Of a stretch of 64,000 bases of DNA, positions 56,407 through 64,000 are shown piece by piece. Location of the stretch: positions 9,238,001 to 9,302,000 of the forward strand of contig OZ024746.1 of the NCBI GenBank assembly GCA_964016885.1. Reading direction: 5' to 3'. The stretch is from Eledone cirrhosa (Eukaryota). A program made the translations under genes and the position numbers. The stretch's first letter is position 1. Every line of letters starts with the position of its first letter. The notes beneath the pieces are model-generated. The model did no database searches, was not told where the DNA came from, and saw only the letters and a program-made list of their open reading frames with translations.

Positions 56407-57859
56407 AAAGTTTAAAATCAGTCAATTATTTAGAAGATCGTGATAGTTATCTAAGCTTTTCTAAATATGACATAAGCGAAAGAGATAGTCAATTAAAATT
56501 TTAATCATCGAATAATCGAATGATTAGAAGGCAAATAAGGCTGTTTTAATTAGTGGCTTGAAGCTATGACTTCTAATGATATTTATTTCAGTTGCATACA
56601 TACAATGCATTCTGCAGCCTCAGGTCTCGTAAAAAATAGATTGCTACCTGATTCGAAATCACCCCATTCTTACAGCAATAATGAAGGTATTAAGCAGCCA
56701 TTCGATAAAGTAATTAACTATATTTTACATTCATTTTTCTTAATGAAAGCAGCAATTCTCAACTGAGATTCTGTCTAAACTATATAATAAAAAAATTATT
56801 TTGTAGGGAAAACGAAAGAATTTCATCTCCAGCCATCATTTTGTGTGACCCAATCTGGTACTAGTCGTCTTTCTATTAAATTCTTGTGAATATCGTCAAA
56901 GAACTTCCATACATGATCATCATCTCACATTGCTGAAAGATTTGACTTCATTTTTGGTTAGAAATTTATACGCAAATATTTAACCAATCAAATACGAATA
57001 TTGAATATTAGATAGCGATTTAAAAGGTGTCTTATTCCAGTTTGAGACTGGTGTTGGTGTTGCGGTAGATTTGGTATTTTCATCTAGTCAGTATATTCTT
57101 ATTCTGTCAACTCGAATTTAAAGAGAGCCAAATCTTACCCAACGAGTTTTGATCTCAAAGCATACATAATATATTCAAACACTTTGAAACTTCAGAGAAT
57201 GTTTCTATATAATCACATGACCTGCTAAATCTAGCAATGAAATATTCCTCAAATACAGTCTATCAATTTAAAAACGGAAAACATTAAATACATTACGTCT
57301 TAACTTAGATATAACAAAATATTTCTATAATACTTTGGTTTACCAAAAAGGCATTTTTAAAGATAAAGATCTTTAAACATAAGTAAGCAAGAACAAATAA
57401 TTAATTTTCTTTATTTAGCAAAGTTCCTCGAAGTATAATAAAATGGAATATATAATACAAAAATAGCGTTACAGTCAACAGATTTAGAATTAATAATAAA
57501 ACTCGTTATTTTCAATGTTAGAATATCTGAGACATTGCTATATGCAATAATGAATCACTGCACTATCTAACAGAGTAGCCAGCTAGTTAGACCTTATGCA
57601 GTCGACAACACTTCACTTGAGATAATCCAAATTTCCTTCAAAAAAGGAAAGGGCACATTTCATTATGCAATTCTTCTCTATATCAGTATAAAGAGTCAAG
57701 AATGTCATAGATTGAATGAATTTTATGGAATGTCTGTTGAATCACAGCTGGCCAGGAGATAAGGAACAGCGATACACACTAATAGAAGCATATTGACGCA
57801 TTCACATACACACATACACACACACACGCACGCACACACACTCACAGACACACAGACAC

Positions 57860-57941
<82 letters not shown>

Positions 57942-58475
57942 TTACATAAAAACAGAAACGCACACACCTTAAACGTAGTGTAACCAGGAACTAACTTTTT
58001 CTAATTAAACATAGGCGATTTTTATTGGTGGTTCAATTATTTGGCAGATAGACATATTTAGCAGTTAGAAAGCGTGCTATCACTCTGCTACAATTAATTA
58101 CAAAGATAAAATCATGTTATTTTTACAAAGTCATATTAAATTTCAGTTGATAATCAACAAAAGTTTGTTTACTACTGGAAACTGTGATACAGTTACAATT
58201 AACCTTTTTTTTTTAATTTGAACATAAGCTTTAAATACACACGCACACGCACACACACACACACGCACACATATATATATATAAGTTAAAACAATGAAAT
58301 AAAAAAATCAAGTCATTAGAGATATACTTCACTGCTTTACGATCGTTTCTAGATGGTGATAATACATTGTATCTATACTCAGTTATTGATCTATGTAAGT
58401 TTACAAACTATCAGATAGAGAGAATATTAACTTACATGCATATCACCAGTTGTTTTCAAAAGCAATACCTCTGTG

Positions 58476-58535
<60 letters not shown>

Positions 58536-58901
58536 TATATTTAAAACAGAAAACAAAAAAACAAAAACAAAGCGAAGAGGCAGTACAAAGTGTTAATATT
58601 AGGTTCACGCTTGAGTAGGGGGTGGGGCAATAGATATATATTGGAAAATGTGTGAAATCTTTAATACAGTTAGTTATATTTGAAAAAAGGAAAAGAATGA
58701 CTTCACTTGTAGTTCTAAACAATTTGATTTAATTTTATATTATTAAAATGTGTATGAGTTGGTAGATTTAGTTATGCCAGGCTTGACTGGCTTTCATCAG
58801 GACGGACCCTCTCACCGCTTGCAATTAAATCAAATTCTTTAGAACTACAAGTGATGTCATTCTTTTCCTTTTTTCAAATATATATATATATATATATATA
58901 G

Positions 58902-59140
58902 TAATAATAATAAATGTGAAGACTAAAATCCAAACAGGGCTCGATAAGGATAAATATATATCAAATATATAAGAACCGTAGAGCAAATATTTATTAAAAT
59001 AACAGATTAAAGTTTAAGCAAAGAATCGCTGCTTTCACCCTTAACGGGATCTTCTGAAACTAAGAAAATCAATCTGTGAACGCAGAAGTAAATATTTCGA
59101 AAAACGTTGCAACCGAAGGAAAACAGGAAGATGATACTTA
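58902..59140 (-). mobile_element. Mini-element family B, uninverted copy; hammerhead-like variant at 59011-59061
   Basis: Minus strand: agttt-CAGAAGA-tcccgttaagggt-GAAA-gcagcgattctttgc-TT-aaact. Confidence 0.75.
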
Positions 59141-59505
59141 TAATATTTGGGTATATCGGTATATATAGTTTATATATATGTTCGAACCAAAATATGTTTT
59201 CCTGTCCTGCTTCAGAATGGATTTAATTTAAAGATGAACTATATTTACGCCGAATTCAATATTACACATTACCAGAGTCCTCTAATAACTAATTCTACTG
59301 TTCGGAAATTGCTGAAATGTGTTGTGTTTGTCCAAAACCTGCAAGTGATGACAATCACTCAAACTATTATTTCTTCACTTGAGCAGTGGCCCATAACATG
59401 TCCTGCTGTTTTGAAAACAAGGAACGAACATAATAGGAGTGTAGTCCTAGATATGCTATACCTGAGAAACAAAAACAAAAAAACAATATTATTGCTGTTG
59501 TAATT

Positions 59506-59694
59506 GCGGTGAATTGGCAGTATCGGTAGAGGGTTAGACGCCATGCTTTCCAGCATAGTTACGTCCCTTTACGGTCTGAGTTCAAATCCCGTCGAGGTTA
59601 ACTTTGCCTTTCATCCTTACGGGGTCGATAAAATAAAGTACCCTTAATGCACTGGGGTAATTGCTGGCCTTGTGCCAAAAATAGAAACAACTAT
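59506..59694 (+). mobile_element. tRNA-derived SINE, full length
   Basis: gcggtgaattggcagtatcggtaga...gagttcaaatccc...core...tagaaacaactatt. Confidence 0.9.
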
Positions 59695-59957
59695 TGCTGT
59701 TGTAATGCCTTTCATCAAAGATCTACACAATACAATCTGACAAAATCAACCAGAAAATTATCAACATGGCGGAATAAACACGTTTTCTCTCCCTTAATTT
59801 TCTTTCCGTTTCCCCCTCTTCTTCCTCTGGCCTTTCTATTTGTTCTTTTAATTCTCATTCTATCTTTTGATGAATTACTCCAGTCCGGAATATTAACACT
59901 CTTTTTCTACTATATCAAGGGTTAAACTAATATATATTTTATTGTATTTTCCCTGTG

Positions 59958-59998
<41 letters not shown>

Positions 59999-61337
59999 GT
60001 ATTTCCGTATGAAGGGTAAAAAAAAGGAGAGTGCTCTATGTATGCTACAGATATATCTAATTATATATTTATATATATATATATAAATAACAGGGAAAAA
60101 TACAGTAAAATATATTAGTTTAACATATATATTAGTTACACACATACACACACATACACAGTGTGTGTGTGTGTCTGTGTGTGTTTGTGTGAGTGCGGGT
60201 GTATGTGTGTGTGTGTGTGTGTGTGTGTTTTCAAATTGAAGATGCTATCATATTTGTATTTAGCATGTTAAAATGCCTCCTGGGGTATTTTCTCTCATCC
60301 ACCATCACCACATTTCCTCTATCTCTACATATATTGATTACCCTTAATTTTTATTTCTGAGTAGAATATGCTTCACCGAGAAAGTTTAATAATGCACAAA
60401 TATATTGCTTTCACCCGTTGGCTTTAAAGGCGAGACACACACCAATCTGTATTTTGTATAGTTTTCGGAAAATTCTATCAACTAATCTTATTGAAATTTT
60501 CAAACTCGTTTGTTGTTTTTTTCAGATTTCGATTATTGCTAGAGAGAGTTTTCTCGTTTGTTTTCTCGAGTAATTTCAGTTAAGGAAGGTTTTGGGACTC
60601 ACAAGTTTACACGTGTGAGATCCCACCGTATTTATCATTTAGTGTGAAGATCTCTCTCCTAGGGTATATTCTCTCAGCCATATTGTGAATGTACATAACA
60701 TATAAATGTATCTGTAATACAATTCATAATCATACAATTACTGAAACTGCTATGGAAATTATTGGTCTATGAAGACAGCTCAACATAACTGTTTTTCTCT
60801 TTTTTCTTTAACCTTAATTCCAATCTTCTCAGTGAACATACCAATTATCTAAATCCTTATAAATGTTAGTTACTTCGCTCTTTCTATCTATCTTTCTGTT
60901 ATTATAGCTTTTCTCTCCTCTCCCTCTGTTTCTCTCTCTCTCTCTCTCTGCCTCTTTCTGTCTCTCTGTCCGTCCTGTTCCTCCAATTTGTAAGAATATC
61001 AGGCTTAATTAACAAATGCGATACGGAGTAAAAAACCAATACAGTTAACTATGAACAAATCTCACAAATTCGATGAAGTTTAATGGAATTTCTTGATGAC
61101 AACCTTATCTCTCTCCTCCACTATCATCCATCTTCTCTCCCACATAAGTAAGCGCCTTCCTTTCAGACATCATCAATTGATGTTAGTAGTATCAATATTC
61201 AATGTACTTAGGCATAGTAATTAACTGCAGCACTGCTGTCCATGGCTAATTTTCATAACAAAACTGTGATTGTCTTCATTGCATTGTGACATTTGTAAAA
61301 GTGAACACCTACAATACTCCCCCTCTCTCTCACTCTC

Positions 61338-61434
<97 letters not shown>

Positions 61435-61436
61435 AT

Positions 61437-61517
<81 letters not shown>

Positions 61518-61519
61518 CA

Positions 61520-61630
61520 GAGAGGAAACCACTAATCATGTGAGTACTCGATACATGGGGATATGTAGAGCTGGTATAGAGATATGTGAAATTCCGACCG
61601 CTTGTCGCCGCGGACGGAATTTTACATCTC
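61520..61630 (-). mobile_element. Very short fold-back mini-element with the 3' bulged hairpin
   Basis: Minus strand gctc-tacat-atcccc-atgta-tc-gagtac; imperfect IR gagatatgtgaaattccg...cggaattttacatctc. Confidence 0.6.
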
Positions 61631-61699
61631 TCTCTCTCTATATATATATATATATAGTGACGAAACAAGTCAATTGCATGAACTCATAATCCTTTATTT

Positions 61700-61755
61700 A
61701 CTGCTATATATATTTCGATGATAGCCATTGAATGGCTATGACCTCATCAGGCAGT
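61700..61755 (-). ncRNA. Type I hammerhead ribozyme motif, best-preserved copy
   Basis: Minus strand: actgc-CTGATGA-ggtcatagccat-tca-atggctatcatc-GAAA-tatata-TA-gcagt. Confidence 0.9.
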
Positions 61756-62756
61756 TAGTCAGTTCTTAGATATGCCAGCTCTGTGTTTATGTTGTTGATG
61801 GTATCAGAGCCTTGGGACATATGAGCTTGTTAGGAATAAATTAATGTTGTCAGCAGGAATAGTCTTAATTCTCATTGGTCAGTTTGCAGATGCTAGTAGG
61901 GTTGGTATTTGACCTCAAAGAGGCAGGTGTTGTTGTATATATATATATTGTCAGACACTGTGGCACCCGGATGGGCCAGTAGAATAATATCATAGAAATT
62001 ACAACTGTAACAGTCGCATTCTCTTCTCTCCTCGAGGGTATTTTTGTGGGGTGTTCTCGCGTAGGTGTTCCTCTTTAAAAACATTCCTTTGCCCCTCTCC
62101 TTAAACATACCGCACCACTCAATACAACCTGTCTTCCTTCGACCCATAATTTACTTCTTTCTGTTTCACTCTCTTTCACTATCAGTCTCCCTCCTCTCTC
62201 TCCCTCACTTTCTGTCGCATGCAGACTTTCTAACACTCTCCCTCCTCTCCCGCGTCTATGTTTTATAATATGGCAAACAGACCCACGAAGTAACCAGCAT
62301 ACATCGAATATTATATAAATTAGATATTTTTTATGATGTAATCCTACAATGTATATTATTGTGATATAGATATACATAAACGCACCCACAAACACACAGA
62401 CTCAAACACGTGTGTACTCACACAAACGCATGCATGTGCATACATATATAACATACGTACCAAAGAAGATGTTGTTGTGTTGATATCACATTAAATCATT
62501 CCGGAGAGGCATATATAGATATAAACTATAGGAGTAGTTTATATTACGGATAACAAAGAAGAAGAAATGCTAGTTTTACAGTTATTTCTATATCAGTTAT
62601 CATGTGATTTTCGTGAAATATCTGCCGATTGAATACAACATTACGAGCATTCATCAGGAAACCTTATGTATATGAAAGAAACGATGTCCTGAAACTCGAT
62701 CTTAACGTAATATTACTTACGTAATGTAATAGCATATGAACATCCGAATCTATCTT

Positions 62757-62910
<154 letters not shown>

Positions 62911-63058
62911 TAATAGGAACCAGTAAGACCCCGACAGCTGAGCTCAAGCCGTTTCGACGGCTAATTCTGGGAGTATAGTATATATATATATATACTATAC
63001 ATTATACATATATGCTCACACACTCACACACTCACACACACAAATATATATATGTATC

Positions 63059-63169
<111 letters not shown>

Positions 63170-64000
63170 GTCCACGTGTACACATATGCGAATTTAAGTT
63201 CTTCTCTGTAGACTGAAAAAAATAATTAGCATCCTTAATCAATTTTCAATCATTATTGGGATTGCATCACGAAAAAAACACTGTGAAATACGTAACTGAT
63301 GGCCTTATAAAGCCTATTGTGTTTGGTATTGAATTTATTAGTTCGGTCTGTTTAACCACATGTAGGCCTGGCCGAGCATACATTTCATCAAATGCCCTCT
63401 AGACATGACGAAAACCACCCTCTTGGGAATTGCTTATCTATGATTACATCATACAACCTGTTCTCTTCAAATATTTGCTTTCAAGACAGCAGGGCATAAT
63501 TTGAGGAATTATTGGCTACCATTCCTAGAACACCAAGTGGCAATTCCTTCGATGGCTCAGAATTTTTTAATATATATCAATATATCTAAGCTGCAAAAGA
63601 CACACTTCTGTGTATCAAGGAAGCTAACATCTCAGATTCAGTGTTATGTCAGATGTGCAGAATAATAATGAAAACCGATAGGTCATGCATAAATTACTGC
63701 AGTATTTTGTTTTTGTTTATTTTGAACTCTACCTGAACATATTACGAACAAAATAACATGAAATATAAAGTCTTTGTGTCGACACAAAATAGATTGTATT
63801 GGATCCTTGAAGTAAGAGTTATACATCATAATAACATTATTTTACATACCAACGAAAAAAATAAATTAAAGAGTATCTTGTAAAATTCTATTAAACTATT
63901 CTAAGTTTGAAATATCCGAATGTCTTTTAGTTGCAGATATAAAGATTGAAGATATAAATTTTAGTTCAAAAATTGCAGACTTTTCAAAAGATTATGATAA

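Noticed and set aside
58775-58805. Minus-strand CTGATGA followed by a hairpin
   Set aside because: No GAAA or stem III follows.
62590-62670. Minus-strand CTGATGA...GAAA pair
   Set aside because: Stems I and III do not pair convincingly; at best a decayed hammerhead.

Overview
AT-rich, repeat-saturated animal genomic DNA. A cephalopod (Octopus-like) origin is inferred from the SINE type and the microsatellite load. No host protein-coding gene is recognisable, and nearly all long ORFs in the track are translations of simple repeats. Real coding content is transposon-derived: a CR1-group LINE ORF2 (24-2549) with two 3' fragments, an internally deleted RTE, a decayed R4/Dong-type element, a Vingi-like C-terminal fragment and a full-length but disrupted DD37D (maT) Tc1/mariner element. 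There are also several SINEs, a Tigger-like MITE and 13-, 22-, 26-, 62- and 9-bp tandem arrays. The main hidden signal is a dense set of short (100-400 bp) non-coding elements, mostly embedded in or abutting (TA)n microsatellites. About 10 sequence-unrelated families carry type I hammerhead ribozyme folds (CUGANGA...GAAA, mostly with a palindromic stem III, as in Penelope-like retroelement pLTRs). They often carry a fold-back inverted duplication, and many share a covarying bulged 3' hairpin (ACTC-stem-loop-TY-GAGTRC). All folds were read by eye; nothing was computed or searched.
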